A DNA stretch of 64,000 bases from a virus (IMGVR_UViG_3300048574_000462:32662-96661), one strand, 5' to 3'. Positions 47,230-58,633 are shown, counted from the first letter of the stretch. A program made the numbers and translations. The notes: generated by a model from the letters alone, not told the origin.

Positions 47230-50200
47230 ATGAGCGAGACGCTTCGGGATCTGGTTGTTTCGCTGTCCTTGAGCACGGACAACTTCACGCGGAACATCAA
47301 GAGCGTCAATCGGCAGATCGCCGAAGCGGAGAGCAAGTTCAAGCTCGCGTCTGCCGGGGTCGAGGGTTTTGAGAAGTCCGCGAGCGTGCTGGGCTCGCAG
47401 ATCGGCTCACTCCGGCAGAAGCTCGTAAGCCAGCGCCAAGCGGTCGAACAGTACCAGCGCGCGCTGACTGCGGCGGATGTGAAGCTGCAGTCCTCTGTTG
47501 CGAACCACGGCAAGTTCAGCGCGTCACTGGAATCTGCCCGCACGAAGCAGGCCGCGCTGAAGGGTGAAGTGGAGAAGGCCGCCCGGCAGGTGGAGCACTA
47601 CCGCACCACACTCGGCGCGTCCAATTCCGCCACGATCGCCGCGGAATCCAATCTCGAATCGCTCACCGCAGAATATGCAGGGGCATCGGCAGAAGTCACC
47701 AAGCTCGAAGGCCAGGTCGTGGCGACGGGCAAGGCTATGCAGAAGGCCGCGGACGACTACACCCAGGCGCGGACGAACCTGAATAACGCCACAACCGCCG
47801 TTCGGGAAACGAATGCCGAAATGAGCAAGATGTCAAAGCAGCTCGCCGCCGCGAAGTCCACGCTCCGCGCCGCCGGCGACTGCCTGACCGCGTTCGGCAA
47901 GAGTGCAACTGCCGCCGGTAAGGCGCTCACGCCCGTGGGACGAGACCTGACGCGCTACGTGACGACGCCCATCGCCGGGCTCGGCGCATTCGTCATCAAG
48001 TCTGCCATCGACTTCGAGGACGCGTTTGCCGGGGTCCGAAAAACCGTCTCCATGACCAAGGACGAGTATGCTGCGCTGGATGCCTCCATCAAGCGGATGA
48101 CGCTGGTCAAGCCGGCCGATTACGAGGCTATCGCCGCCGTGGCGGAGGCAGCCGGACAGCTGGGCGTCGCCAATCATGCCATTGAAGGGTTTACCTCCGT
48201 CATGACGGACCTGGGCGCGGTGTCCACCGATCTCTCCGCCGAGGATGCTGCCACCAACCTGGCCAAGCTCGCCAATATCATGGGCGTCACCGGGGATAAG
48301 CAAACCAACGAGTACTTCGAACGGATGGGCAGCGCCGTGCTGGAGCTGGGCGTCAACTCCGCAGCCACCGAGGCGGGTATTGTGGAGATGTCCATGCGCC
48401 TCGCCGCTGCGGGCAAGCAGGTGGGGCTCACGGAGCCCCAGATCATCGGGTTCGCGACAGCACTGTCATCGGTAGGCATCGAAGCCCAGATGGGCGGCAC
48501 TGCGTTCTCCAAGGCCCTAATCAAGATGGAGCTGGCCGTGGAAAGCGGCGGGAAGTCGCTAAAGGATTTCGCGAAAGTATCCGGCCTGACCGCGGATGAA
48601 TTCACGCGGCTCTTCAAGTCCGACCCTGCGGCGGCGTTCCAGGCGTTCATTGAAGGCCTCGCTCGGATGGACGATGAGGGCGTCAGTGCCATCTCCACAT
48701 TGCAGGACATCGGGTTCAAGGAAGTTCGGCTCCGGGATACGACCCTGCGCATGGTCAACGCAACCGAACTGCTGAGCTCCACCCAGTCTATTGCCAACAA
48801 AGCCTGGCGGGACAACAGCGCCATCACGACGCGGGTGGCAGACCGTTACAATACTACGGCGAACCGGTTGAAGATGCTGTCGAACCGCGCGCAGCTAACG
48901 GCCGCGACCTTCGGCGAAGTGATGCTCCCCACCATGGAGGACGTGATTGCAGGGGCGGGCGATTTCCTGGACGGCTTTGCCGAAATGGACGAAGGCCAGC
49001 GCAAGGCGCTGATTTCTACTGCCGCCTGGATCGCGGCGATCGGCCCCGCTATCCTACTGGTGGGCAAGCTAAACACCGGCATTGGAACCGTATCAACCGC
49101 GCTCGGAAAGCTGCTGCTCTCCTCCGTCGAAGCGGGCGGGGGCGCCAAGGGCATGCTCTCCGCACTGAAGGGCCTGCTGGGTCCTGCGGGCATCGCGGCG
49201 GTGGCCGCTGTCGCGTTGTATGGCGCGTACAAGTGGTACGACTATGCCTCGGGGGCCGCAGCGGCGCGGGATGCTACCAAGGGTATGATCGACACCGCGA
49301 AAGAGTGGGAACAGACTCAGGCCAAGACGATCTACGATACAGGGAACGACCCATTCACAAGGTTCGGCATTGATGAATCGGCGTTTGCAAGTGGTGCTAA
49401 CGCTGAGAAGGACTGGCTGGCCGTCATCCGCAAAGTCTGGTCCGACGGCACAAAGGACTCGAAAACGGCAGTGAACGAATACATCGACCAGTTCACTGCC
49501 GGGTCGGACGAAGTGCGAGACGCGATCAAAGCGAGGCAGGCCACCCAGGAGAAGTACGGGGTCAAGGGTGACAAAACCGCAGAAGCTGACCTCAAGAAGC
49601 TCAAGGCATATGACAAGGAAGTAGCCGCGCTCCTCAAAAAGCGCCGGAACAAGACGCTGACGGAGGACGACCAACAGCGGCTTGAGCAGATCGTGCAGGA
49701 GCGCGTAGAGATCAAGCTTCGCTACATCACCGGCGAGGGCGGGGGCTATGAAAGCATCACCCAAGCTGTGGAAGCGGAAAAAGCGCGGCTTGCGGCGGAG
49801 GGTCAGTCCCCGGGCTCCGACCTGTACGGCGACGCGCTGTCCGCGGCCGCCACCGGGTACAAGGCCCAGGTCGATTCCATCAACCAATCCTATACTGACC
49901 AGTACGCCGACATCCTGGCAATCACGGATGAAAAGGAACGTCAGGACGCGCTTGACCAGCTGAACCTGGAGCACATCGAGCAATTGAAGGCCGCCCGCGA
50001 AGCGTACAACGCTGTTATGGGCGAGTACGCCATCGAAGCGTTCAAGGCTCCGGAAGTCCAGCAGGCGCAGGCGGACATGGAGAAGCTGCGGCAGCTGATC
50101 GCCACCTTCCAGAGCGACGGTGTGGTGACGGGCGACGAGCTAACCCAGCTGAAAACTTTCACGGACTCCCTGGACGAGGGGAAGCTCGCCAGCTACATCG

Positions 50201-51834
50201 CGCTCCTGAAGCAGATTGACGAAGGTGGGCTGGGCGACCTCAATCTGGGCACCGAAGGAGCGCCCATCAAGGCTAGCGACCTCCTCGGCGGATACGACAC
50301 CGTCGCCGCGTTTCTTCAGGCCAACAGCGGCACGTTCGAAGGTCTGGCCGGCATGTTTGGGGCGGCGGACGCGGAAGCGAACCGTGTACTGCTTGACATC
50401 GGGATCACCCCGGAGGGCCAAGTCGTAAAAGATTGGGTGGACGCCCACGAGACCTTTACTCTTACAGGGACAGCCAGTCTCGACTTCACAGGCCTGGACC
50501 AGGCGACATTGGACGCGTTCTATACCGCCAACCCCGACAAGAAGCCCAGCGTCGTGATGGACGTGGGGCTCAAGACCGGCTGGGCGGAAGCGCTGCAGAC
50601 AGCCTACGCGAATGGAACACTCCAGGTGTTCGGCGCGGACGGCGCAGCAATCAAAGTAACACCCGAAGTGCTGAAGCGGATTGGCCCCACGGACATCTTC
50701 CTCGAGGGGATGACGGACGAGAACGGGAATGCGGTGCTGGGCGTGGTCATCACGCAGAAGCTCGGTTCCAAAGAAGCCGTGGATGCTGCGGACACCCAGC
50801 TCAAGCAAGTACCGGAAAACTTTCTCCCCGATTGGCTGAAGTCCAGCACGAGCGATAAAGTCACTTCCATCACCAGCCTCGTGCAGGGTGTGGAAGATCT
50901 GACCGCTGCCGGCGAGGAACTAACCGCCCAGCAGGGCAAGTCGGTGATCCTGGACCAGCTGACCAGTCTGAATAGCGCGGACATCCAGAAGATCTCCGAT
51001 TCCATCGCGGCAGCCATGGCCGCACTCGCGAGCGGCACACTGGATCCGACCACTGAAGCGCAGGTGCAGGAGCAGCTCAATTCTCTACTCACCGTCGTGC
51101 GGACTGCGGACGAATACTTGGGCGTGGGCAACGATATCTCCGCGGGCATCGCGAGCGGTCTCACCACCTACGGCTGGACAGGAGATGCGGCGACAGTCGC
51201 CACTTCCATTGAAACTGCGCTCCGCACCGCCGCTCAGACACACTCACCCTCTGCCATGACGCGCCCGATCGGCATCGACCTGTCGGCTGGCGTCGCTGCT
51301 GGCATGATGGCCTACGGGTTCGGCTCCGCTGCCGGGGTGGTCGCCGCCAAAGCAAAGTCCGCTCTATCCGCCGAACTCACTACGGATACGATGAAGCCCA
51401 TTGGTAGAAATGCAATGGTCGGCATGGCGGCGGGCATCCTGAGCGGCCAGAACATCGTCGTAAACGCTATGCGGATTGTAGCCGAAGCCGCCGTGCGCGC
51501 CGCGAAAGCGAAGCTCAAGATCCAATCCCCGTCCAGGGTGTTCCGGGATGAGGTCGGAAGGATGATGGTCCGCGGCATCGGCGTTGGTGTGGAACAGGAG
51601 GGCAAAGCCCAGGCCAAGGTGATTCAAAACGCTGCCCGATACCTGACTGGTGCGGCACAGGCGGGCGTTGGCGGCAGCAATTCTTATGACAACCGCCGCA
51701 CCTATCACCAGGATCAGAGCGTGACCGTACAGGTGGACAAGCTCTACGTCCGGGATGAGAAGGACGTGCGCAGTATCGCCATTGAACTGGCGCAGTTCAA
51801 CAAAACCCAGTACGCGGGGATGGGGGTGAAGTGA
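47230..51834 (+). CDS. Tail tape measure protein
   Basis: About 1534 aa, helical and Ala-rich; DFEDAFAGVRKT, GGTAFS and I.SPSRVF motifs. Confidence 0.95.
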   Translation: MSETLRDLVVSLSLSTDNFTRNIKSVNRQIAEAESKFKLASAGVEGFEKSASVLGSQIGSLRQKLVSQRQAVEQYQRALTAADVKLQSSVANHGKFSASLESARTKQAALKGEVEKAARQVEHYRTTLGASNSATIAAESNLESLTAEYAGASAEVTKLEGQVVATGKAMQKAADDYTQARTNLNNATTAVRETNAEMSKMSKQLAAAKSTLRAAGDCLTAFGKSATAAGKALTPVGRDLTRYVTTPIAGLGAFVIKSAIDFEDAFAGVRKTVSMTKDEYAALDASIKRMTLVKPADYEAIAAVAEAAGQLGVANHAIEGFTSVMTDLGAVSTDLSAEDAATNLAKLANIMGVTGDKQTNEYFERMGSAVLELGVNSAATEAGIVEMSMRLAAAGKQVGLTEPQIIGFATALSSVGIEAQMGGTAFSKALIKMELAVESGGKSLKDFAKVSGLTADEFTRLFKSDPAAAFQAFIEGLARMDDEGVSAISTLQDIGFKEVRLRDTTLRMVNATELLSSTQSIANKAWRDNSAITTRVADRYNTTANRLKMLSNRAQLTAATFGEVMLPTMEDVIAGAGDFLDGFAEMDEGQRKALISTAAWIAAIGPAILLVGKLNTGIGTVSTALGKLLLSSVEAGGGAKGMLSALKGLLGPAGIAAVAAVALYGAYKWYDYASGAAAARDATKGMIDTAKEWEQTQAKTIYDTGNDPFTRFGIDESAFASGANAEKDWLAVIRKVWSDGTKDSKTAVNEYIDQFTAGSDEVRDAIKARQATQEKYGVKGDKTAEADLKKLKAYDKEVAALLKKRRNKTLTEDDQQRLEQIVQERVEIKLRYITGEGGGYESITQAVEAEKARLAAEGQSPGSDLYGDALSAAATGYKAQVDSINQSYTDQYADILAITDEKERQDALDQLNLEHIEQLKAAREAYNAVMGEYAIEAFKAPEVQQAQADMEKLRQLIATFQSDGVVTGDELTQLKTFTDSLDEGKLASYIALLKQIDEGGLGDLNLGTEGAPIKASDLLGGYDTVAAFLQANSGTFEGLAGMFGAADAEANRVLLDIGITPEGQVVKDWVDAHETFTLTGTASLDFTGLDQATLDAFYTANPDKKPSVVMDVGLKTGWAEALQTAYANGTLQVFGADGAAIKVTPEVLKRIGPTDIFLEGMTDENGNAVLGVVITQKLGSKEAVDAADTQLKQVPENFLPDWLKSSTSDKVTSITSLVQGVEDLTAAGEELTAQQGKSVILDQLTSLNSADIQKISDSIAAAMAALASGTLDPTTEAQVQEQLNSLLTVVRTADEYLGVGNDISAGIASGLTTYGWTGDAATVATSIETALRTAAQTHSPSAMTRPIGIDLSAGVAAGMMAYGFGSAAGVVAAKAKSALSAELTTDTMKPIGRNAMVGMAAGILSGQNIVVNAMRIVAEAAVRAAKAKLKIQSPSRVFRDEVGRMMVRGIGVGVEQEGKAQAKVIQNAARYLTGAAQAGVGGSNSYDNRRTYHQDQSVTVQVDKLYVRDEKDVRSIAIELAQFNKTQYAGMGVK

Positions 51835-52532
51835 TGGCCGACTGGTTCGCCTGGAACGGCGTGAAATGTACCGACTACGGGATTCATGTGCTGACCCACC
51901 CGGCCATCTCACGCGCCAAGGAACGCGTCACCACGCAGGTGGTGCCGGGACGCAGCGGGGCTCTGACGATTACGGAGGGCGACTGCGTGTATGATGAGTT
52001 CATCGCCAGCTGCGAGTGCATCGCGCCGAACCCGGCGTCGATCCCCGCGTTCTCCGCGTGGCTGCACGGCCCCGGCGTCGTGATGTTCGGCAACCGCCCC
52101 ACCGGGTTCTATTATGCCCGAGTCAACAACCAGATCGACTTCGAGACGTTGGTGCGCGGGCGTCTGCAGCGAAAGTTCACTGTGAACTTTCGCTGCCAAC
52201 CCTTTCTATACCTGCTGGGCGCTGAAATTATTGTGCTGACATCTTTCGGCCAGATCGTGAACCAGGGCACTGTGTTCGCGGAGCCCGTTATCACGGTAGA
52301 GGGCACCGGCGACATCGACCTGACCATCGGCGAGGTGACACTGGGGATCGCGGGTCTCGCCTCCGCCATCACCATCGATGTGCCGCAGCGGCTGGCGTAC
52401 CACGAGGGCATCAACCTCACCGGCTCACTGACCGGGGACGATTGGCCGACGCTGCCGGTGGGGTCGACAGCCATCTCTTGGACAGGAAGTGTGTCCCGTA
52501 TCACGATCAGCCCCAACTGGAGGGCGCTCTGA
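51831..52532 (+). CDS. Distal tail protein (Dit)
   Basis: WF.WNG....YGI, VPGRSG.L, F.CQPF.Y and I.PNWR.L motifs. Confidence 0.85.
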   Translation: MMADWFAWNGVKCTDYGIHVLTHPAISRAKERVTTQVVPGRSGALTITEGDCVYDEFIASCECIAPNPASIPAFSAWLHGPGVVMFGNRPTGFYYARVNNQIDFETLVRGRLQRKFTVNFRCQPFLYLLGAEIIVLTSFGQIVNQGTVFAEPVITVEGTGDIDLTIGEVTLGIAGLASAITIDVPQRLAYHEGINLTGSLTGDDWPTLPVGSTAISWTGSVSRITISPNWRAL

Positions 52533-54409
52533 TGGGCGAAGTGTACATCTACCCTCCGGATGCCGAGGACTTCGACACCATGGGCCTCTGCGGCGCGCTT
52601 TCCGCGACATCCTGCGTGCACACCGAGGCGCGGAACGATCTCTCGGAGATCCGGTTGGAACACCCCATTGATGAGATCGGGCGCTGGATGTTTCTGCAGA
52701 ATGACTACATCCTCAAGTGCGACGTCCCCGTGCGCACCGTGCCGCCCCTCACGCCGGAGGGGATGCTGGTCACCGCTCACGAGGTGTGGACGATCCGCAC
52801 TGCAACTACTAAAACCCAGCGTAATCTCTACTACAAAGCGACTGGCAACAAAGTGCGCAAGAAGAACCTGCCGGTGGGCCTGAGCATCCCCATCATCTTC
52901 AAGGGCGAGAACCGGTACAAGGGGATCTTCACCGGACGAAAGAAGTACCGATACAAGGGGCATTGGCGTTGGAAGACCTACACCTACTACGGCTGGATCG
53001 CGAAGTCGGCCATCCAGTACACGCTGACCGAGGATTGGCCGAACGATCCCGCCGCCATCGAGACCGTCGCACCCGCCTGGATTGTGGCCGATCAGCTCTT
53101 TCGTATTTACAAGGTAGAACTACGTGATGACGGCGTGACGGCCTATGCCCGGCACATCTTCTATGACCTCCTGAACAACCTCACATCGTACCTTGCGGGA
53201 CAGACGGATTGTGTATCAACGGTTGAAGGCATCCTGGGAAACTGCCTCGTACCCACGCTGTTTTCAGGGTTCACTGACATTGGCGGTGAGCGGGTGATCG
53301 ACGGCTGGACGCGGGTCAATCCCGTCAGCGCGCTGCTCGACCCCGAGACTGGCACGGCGGCGCTGTGGGGCGCGGAACTCGTCCGCGACAATTTCGACTT
53401 CTTCCTGCTCCGGGATGCGGGGCTGAACCGCGGCGTTCGCATCGAGTACGCGAAAAACCTGTTGGGCGTCTCCTGCGAAGTGGATGCCTCCGACGTGGTC
53501 ACGAGGATTGTACCCGTGGGTAAGGACAAGAGCGGCAAAGACCTGCTGCTTACGGCAGGCAGCTACAACGTGGACGGCACCGTGTACACGATCGCCATCG
53601 ACCAGACCTGGATTGACAGCCCGCGCGCCTCCCTGTACCCCACACCCCATGTGCAGGCGCTCATCTGCTCCGGGGAGTGCAAGGAGACCAAGACGGTCTC
53701 AAAAACTGCCGTTCGCATCCGCATGATCCGGGAGGCGCTGGCGGCGCTGGCGAACGACGCCGATCTGCCCAAAGTATTGCTGAAAGTGGAGTTCCTTTCC
53801 TTAGGCGATACGGAGGAATATGCCCAGTACCGGAGCCTCGAGGACGTGTTCCTCTACGACCGGGTTCGAGTCAAACATCCCGGCATCCAGCTTGACGTCC
53901 TGACTGAGGTCAACCGCGTCGAGTTCGACTGCCTGGGCGAGAAGTTCCGATCCATTGAGCTGGGCTCCGTCCGTCAGGATATGCGAAAGACCGCTGTCGC
54001 TTCCTGGCAACTGCCCTCCACCATCTCCGGCAGGAGGATCGCCATGGAGAGCATCACCGCCGCGCAGCTGGAGCCCGAGTCGATGGAGGAGATCGACCTG
54101 TCCACCAACGGCAGCGTGATCGGCATTGCAGAACAGACGGTGGGCATTACCCTCGCAATTGTCGCTTCGCGGGGTGGCGTGTTGACCCCGGAGGTGCTCG
54201 AGACGGTGCTAACCGCGAGGGTCCTGAGGGGCGCGACCGACCTTAGCACTCTATATGACGCTTCCCGTTTCTCCTGGACGCGCTCGAGTCCGGATGCATA
54301 TGGCGACACCCTATGGAACGCTTCGCACCGGGGAACCAAGACAATTACTGTCACTGCCGCCGACGTAAAGCGTCAGGCGGTTTTTCATTGCACACTGGAG
54401 GGGGATTGA
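52532..54409 (+). CDS. Tail spike/Tal-like baseplate hub protein
   Basis: L.HP.D..GRW, QLFRIY, ARHIFYDL, IEY.KNL.G and VTRIVP.G motifs. Confidence 0.85.
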   Translation: MGEVYIYPPDAEDFDTMGLCGALSATSCVHTEARNDLSEIRLEHPIDEIGRWMFLQNDYILKCDVPVRTVPPLTPEGMLVTAHEVWTIRTATTKTQRNLYYKATGNKVRKKNLPVGLSIPIIFKGENRYKGIFTGRKKYRYKGHWRWKTYTYYGWIAKSAIQYTLTEDWPNDPAAIETVAPAWIVADQLFRIYKVELRDDGVTAYARHIFYDLLNNLTSYLAGQTDCVSTVEGILGNCLVPTLFSGFTDIGGERVIDGWTRVNPVSALLDPETGTAALWGAELVRDNFDFFLLRDAGLNRGVRIEYAKNLLGVSCEVDASDVVTRIVPVGKDKSGKDLLLTAGSYNVDGTVYTIAIDQTWIDSPRASLYPTPHVQALICSGECKETKTVSKTAVRIRMIREALAALANDADLPKVLLKVEFLSLGDTEEYAQYRSLEDVFLYDRVRVKHPGIQLDVLTEVNRVEFDCLGEKFRSIELGSVRQDMRKTAVASWQLPSTISGRRIAMESITAAQLEPESMEEIDLSTNGSVIGIAEQTVGITLAIVASRGGVLTPEVLETVLTARVLRGATDLSTLYDASRFSWTRSSPDAYGDTLWNASHRGTKTITVTAADVKRQAVFHCTLEGD

Positions 54410-54412
54410 ATC

Positions 54413-56236
54413 ATGGCCGCACTGGCAACCGGACAGATCAGCATCGTGGACCTCGCGGACGGAAAGTCGCTGTCCTGCTACATCAACTCCAATCAGCCGC
54501 GCATTCAGGTACAGGAGGTTAATGCGGGGACCTTTTCGCCCGACTGGTCGATTGCCGCCGGTAACGTCGTACTGACGCCGGTGGTCTACGCCGACCAGGC
54601 GCAGATTCCTCTCACTCAGGCAGGTCTCACAATCGACTGGAAACGCCGGGAGGGCTCGGCTTCTGAAACCGCTCTGACGGCTGGGGAATCGGTCGCCTCC
54701 GGCGTGCTGACCATCTCCCAGAACAAGATGGCGTCGATCTTCGCGGGTACGCTGACCTACATCGTCTATGTCACCTACACCGACCCGGACACCGGAGAGG
54801 CCATCTCTGTGTCCGCCGCCATTGACTTCGCGCTGGTGAAGACCGGCCAGAACGCGAAGAACTGCTGGATCTCCGGTGAGCAGGTGTTCAAGTATGCCTC
54901 CGGGTCCCCGACACCGAACCCCGCGTCCATCACGCTGACCGCGAACATCCAGAATGTCACCTTCTCCAAGTGGCAGTACAAGAATTCCTCCGGCGTCTGG
55001 ACGGACTACCCCACCGGCGATGGCAACACCGTGATCACCACCGCGACGCTGGTGGTCAAACCGGCTCATGCGGTGTGGGTCAACGATGTGGCGACCATCC
55101 GCGCGGTCACGTCGGATGCCGGCATCGGCGACGCCACCAGTGTGTACAAGGTCGCGGACGGCGCGGCCGGCGCAGGCGGATCAAATGGCGTTTCCGCTTC
55201 CGTCGCCATGCTGACCAACGAGAACGTCACCTTCGCCGGAAACGTCTCTGGTCAGGTCTCCGCCACCAGCGTCGTCTGCAATGTGGTGGCCTACACCGGA
55301 ACCACCAAGGTCACGCCCACGGTGGGCACCGTCACCGGCGCGCCCACCGGCATGACGGTCGCCGTGGGAAGTACCGTGAACAGCGAGATCCCGATCACCC
55401 TGACAATCGCCGCTAACGCCACTTTGGGCGGGGCCGGGCAGCAGCAGGGCACGTTGTCCGTTCCTGTCACATCGCCCGTCAGCACCACACTTGCCATCAC
55501 CTGGTCCAAGGTCAACACTGGCGCGACGGGCGCGGCGGGCGCAAACGCGGTGGTTTTTTCCGTGTATGCGCCCAGCGGCGCGGTATTCCAGAACCAGTCG
55601 GGCTCGCTGACCCTGGCGACCGCCGCCTATGATGGCGCCAGTGCCATTTCCTCTGGTGCCACCTACGTCTGGAAGAAGTACACCGCCGGTTCCTGGGCGA
55701 CGATCTCAGGGCAGACGGCGTCCACGCTCAGTGTGAGTGGCTCCGACGTCGTGGGGATTCAGGCCTACCAATGCACCATGACCTACGGCGGCAAGACCTA
55801 TACCGATACCATTACCCTGACAGACAAGACTGATAACTACCAGGCGGCTATTGAAAGTACCGGCGGCAGCGTGTTTAAGAACACCGTCGGCACCTCCTGT
55901 CTGATCTGCCGGATTTGGCAGAACGGGGCGGAGACAGACGCGCTCAAGTCGGTGATTTTCTCCGCCACCGCGCCCTCCTCGCCCGCGACGGGTGATTTCT
56001 ACTATAAGATCACCACGACGACGCCCCAGATGGCGCTGATGCGCTACTCTGGCTCCGCGTGGGTCGATGTGACCGCGGACGCGACCTACAAGCACACCAG
56101 GACCTATACCTGGTACAGGCGTGACAAGGACGGGAACGCACTGGACGGCGGTGCGGCCTTCGCCACTGGCAAAGTGATCTACATCGACGGGGACGACGTG
56201 ACTGTGAAGACCACGTTCACCTGTGAGGCTTCCTAA
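54413..56236 (+). CDS. Ig-like repeat tail protein
   Basis: ATGQI.IVDL.DG start and TFTCE end; Thr/Ser-rich. Confidence 0.7.
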   Translation: MAALATGQISIVDLADGKSLSCYINSNQPRIQVQEVNAGTFSPDWSIAAGNVVLTPVVYADQAQIPLTQAGLTIDWKRREGSASETALTAGESVASGVLTISQNKMASIFAGTLTYIVYVTYTDPDTGEAISVSAAIDFALVKTGQNAKNCWISGEQVFKYASGSPTPNPASITLTANIQNVTFSKWQYKNSSGVWTDYPTGDGNTVITTATLVVKPAHAVWVNDVATIRAVTSDAGIGDATSVYKVADGAAGAGGSNGVSASVAMLTNENVTFAGNVSGQVSATSVVCNVVAYTGTTKVTPTVGTVTGAPTGMTVAVGSTVNSEIPITLTIAANATLGGAGQQQGTLSVPVTSPVSTTLAITWSKVNTGATGAAGANAVVFSVYAPSGAVFQNQSGSLTLATAAYDGASAISSGATYVWKKYTAGSWATISGQTASTLSVSGSDVVGIQAYQCTMTYGGKTYTDTITLTDKTDNYQAAIESTGGSVFKNTVGTSCLICRIWQNGAETDALKSVIFSATAPSSPATGDFYYKITTTTPQMALMRYSGSAWVDVTADATYKHTRTYTWYRRDKDGNALDGGAAFATGKVIYIDGDDVTVKTTFTCEAS

Positions 56237-56805
56237 TGGCACTTGCACGAGCACAGTTTACGATATCGGACCTGACCGACATCATCGCGCAGGCGACCGA
56301 GCCTACAAACCCTGTCGATGGCATGCTCTGGCGAAACACCACCACCAATGCGCTCAAGGTCTACCGCGCTTCCCTGCCGGGCTGGGAGGTCGTGGTGGAC
56401 AATCTGGCGATCCAGGGCTTGATTGATGCGCTGCAGAACGGCACGATCAACAACGATGCCTTCAACGATCTGATGGACGCGGCCAGTACGCTAACCGATT
56501 TTGCATCGCCATCATCACAGGCTACATGGGACAGCATCGCCAGTTCTCTGACGTTCGGGGCTGAGGGCTTGACGATCTCCAACAAAGGCGGCGATCTTTG
56601 GACGCGTCTTGCGCTGGAGCAGCTGGAGTTCTGGAAGGGCAAGGACGCCGCGGCTGTGCTGATGGCCGTCTTTGGCGTGCTGAAGACCATCACGTCGCCG
56701 ACGCTGCAGATCGGGACTTCCGCTCAATCTCCGAAGCTGCTGCTGGGCGCGGGCTTGCTGGAATATCAGGCAGCGACCGGGAACATCACATGTAGGAAGG
56801 CGTGA
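56236..56805 (+). CDS. Minor tail protein
   Basis: ARAQFTI.DL.D and P.NP.DG.LW motifs; synteny. Confidence 0.65.
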   Translation: MALARAQFTISDLTDIIAQATEPTNPVDGMLWRNTTTNALKVYRASLPGWEVVVDNLAIQGLIDALQNGTINNDAFNDLMDAASTLTDFASPSSQATWDSIASSLTFGAEGLTISNKGGDLWTRLALEQLEFWKGKDAAAVLMAVFGVLKTITSPTLQIGTSAQSPKLLLGAGLLEYQAATGNITCRKA

Positions 56806-56812
56806 TCAATCA

Positions 56813-58633
56813 ATGCCCTCGGTAACGATCCCCACCAGCACCGGGCCGCGGTGGGGCGATTCGTCGTTCAACTCGTCCACCGCTTCGCTCAAGGTTGGCA
56901 AGAGCGGAACTTCCACCTATTACGGCTACGTCGGCTTTCCTGCGCTGAACCCAGCATGGACGATCAAGTCCATCACGTTCAGGATGAACCGGACCGACAG
57001 CTATTCGACCAAAACGCTGCAGTTCGGCAGCAGCACGTCGAACGCATGGGGATCGAAGGGGACGCAGGACTGGAAAGCGGACTTCTCTGTCGCATCCGGC
57101 ACTGGTACGAAGTCGTGGAGCCTGACTGCGTACAAGGACATCCTGCAGGGGTACACCGGGACGTGGTACCTGCACGTCCAGCATGGCAGCGGCACGAACT
57201 CTTATTGTGAGTTCAACGGCGGCACAGGCAGCTCTTCGCCGCGTCTGGTCATCGAGTACGAGGATTCGTCGGTTACCGTGCCGGGCGATCAGTTCACCAT
57301 CGGCGTGCAATCGACCCTGACGGTCGGGAACGCGGGCAGCGGACTGACGCACAACCTGTCGTATTCCATTGGGGCGGCGACCAGCGTGCTCGCCACCGGT
57401 GTTGCGGCAGGGGCGACGGTCAACTGGATGCCCGACGCCGCGCTTGCCAGCCAGATCACGACCGATATGGTGGGCGACGTCACACTCACGCTGGAGAATT
57501 TTTCAGGTGGCGTCTTTCAGTCATCGCGCACATTGACGTTTTCGCTGAACGTGCCGGCGTCCTATGTGCCGACGATCTCCTCTGCTCCGTTCACGCTACA
57601 GAACCCCGCGGGCGATACAATTGGCGTATATGTGCAAAACCGCAGCTGGACAAAATGCACGATCACGGCGGCGTCGGTCTATGGCGCGACCATCGTAGAG
57701 TTCCGACTGACCATCGGCGGCGTGACCTATTCGTCCGCGACGAACATCATCACGACAGACGTGCTTGCACAGTACGGCGTGCTGCCGGGGACGGTGACGG
57801 TGGTGGATTCGCGCGGGCAGACGGCGACATACACTAATACCGCAGCCGCGACCGTGTACCAATACTTCGCCCCGGTCATCACATCGTTCACGCTGCTGCG
57901 CTGCGACAGCGGCGGCGTCGCATCGAACGTCGGGACCTACATGAAGTACGTTCTGAGCGTGGTTTTTGCGCCCATCAACAACCTGAACACCAGAGGTGGC
58001 ACGATCAAGTTCAAGGTGGCGGGCGGCACTTACGGCTCCGCGGTGGCGCTGAGCACGATCACGGGGTACAGCACAACCGTATCCGGCGTCATTGGCGCAG
58101 GCGCGATCACATCTGCCGCATACGTCGTGTCTGCGTCGCTGACGGACAAGTACAGCACCACGACCGTCGAGGTGGACCTTGCCTCCTCAAAGATCTGGTT
58201 TGACCTGCATTCCTCAGGCGAGGGTATGGCCATCGGACAGCCGGCGACCGAGGCGAGCCTTTTTGACGTGGGCATTGACTCGAAGTTCCGAGAAGAGGCA
58301 ACGTTTGAAAAGACACCGACGTTTCAGGTGGCGCCGGTATTCGGTGCGCCCACCGCTACGCTCCTGGCGCTGGGGATTCGGTTCGGCGCCTTCTCCCTGT
58401 CTCGATCGACCTGGGCCGCAGACACGAACTACACTTACGCGGTGACCTTCGATACCGCGCTGCCCGCGGCCCCCACGGCTGTGCTGGTGGGATTCCTGCG
58501 AAGCGGTTCGGGCCTGGACGCCTATTCCACCGGTACAACCGGGTATACGACGACCGGCTTCACGTTCAACATCTCCCGGAACGCCGCGCGCTCGGCTTCC
58601 ACGGACTTTACGCTTGTCTACATTGCGATCTGA
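56813..58633 (+). CDS. Minor tail/receptor-binding protein (DUF859-like)
   Basis: TV.DSRG.T and Y..P.I..F...RCD motifs; resembles 3..1076. Confidence 0.7.
   Translation: MPSVTIPTSTGPRWGDSSFNSSTASLKVGKSGTSTYYGYVGFPALNPAWTIKSITFRMNRTDSYSTKTLQFGSSTSNAWGSKGTQDWKADFSVASGTGTKSWSLTAYKDILQGYTGTWYLHVQHGSGTNSYCEFNGGTGSSSPRLVIEYEDSSVTVPGDQFTIGVQSTLTVGNAGSGLTHNLSYSIGAATSVLATGVAAGATVNWMPDAALASQITTDMVGDVTLTLENFSGGVFQSSRTLTFSLNVPASYVPTISSAPFTLQNPAGDTIGVYVQNRSWTKCTITAASVYGATIVEFRLTIGGVTYSSATNIITTDVLAQYGVLPGTVTVVDSRGQTATYTNTAAATVYQYFAPVITSFTLLRCDSGGVASNVGTYMKYVLSVVFAPINNLNTRGGTIKFKVAGGTYGSAVALSTITGYSTTVSGVIGAGAITSAAYVVSASLTDKYSTTTVEVDLASSKIWFDLHSSGEGMAIGQPATEASLFDVGIDSKFREEATFEKTPTFQVAPVFGAPTATLLALGIRFGAFSLSRSTWAADTNYTYAVTFDTALPAAPTAVLVGFLRSGSGLDAYSTGTTGYTTTGFTFNISRNAARSASTDFTLVYIAI

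Noticed and set aside
52532-58633. Diversity-generating retroelement or invertible tail cassette
   Set aside because: I saw no reverse transcriptase, no adenine-variant repeat pair and no inverted tail segments.
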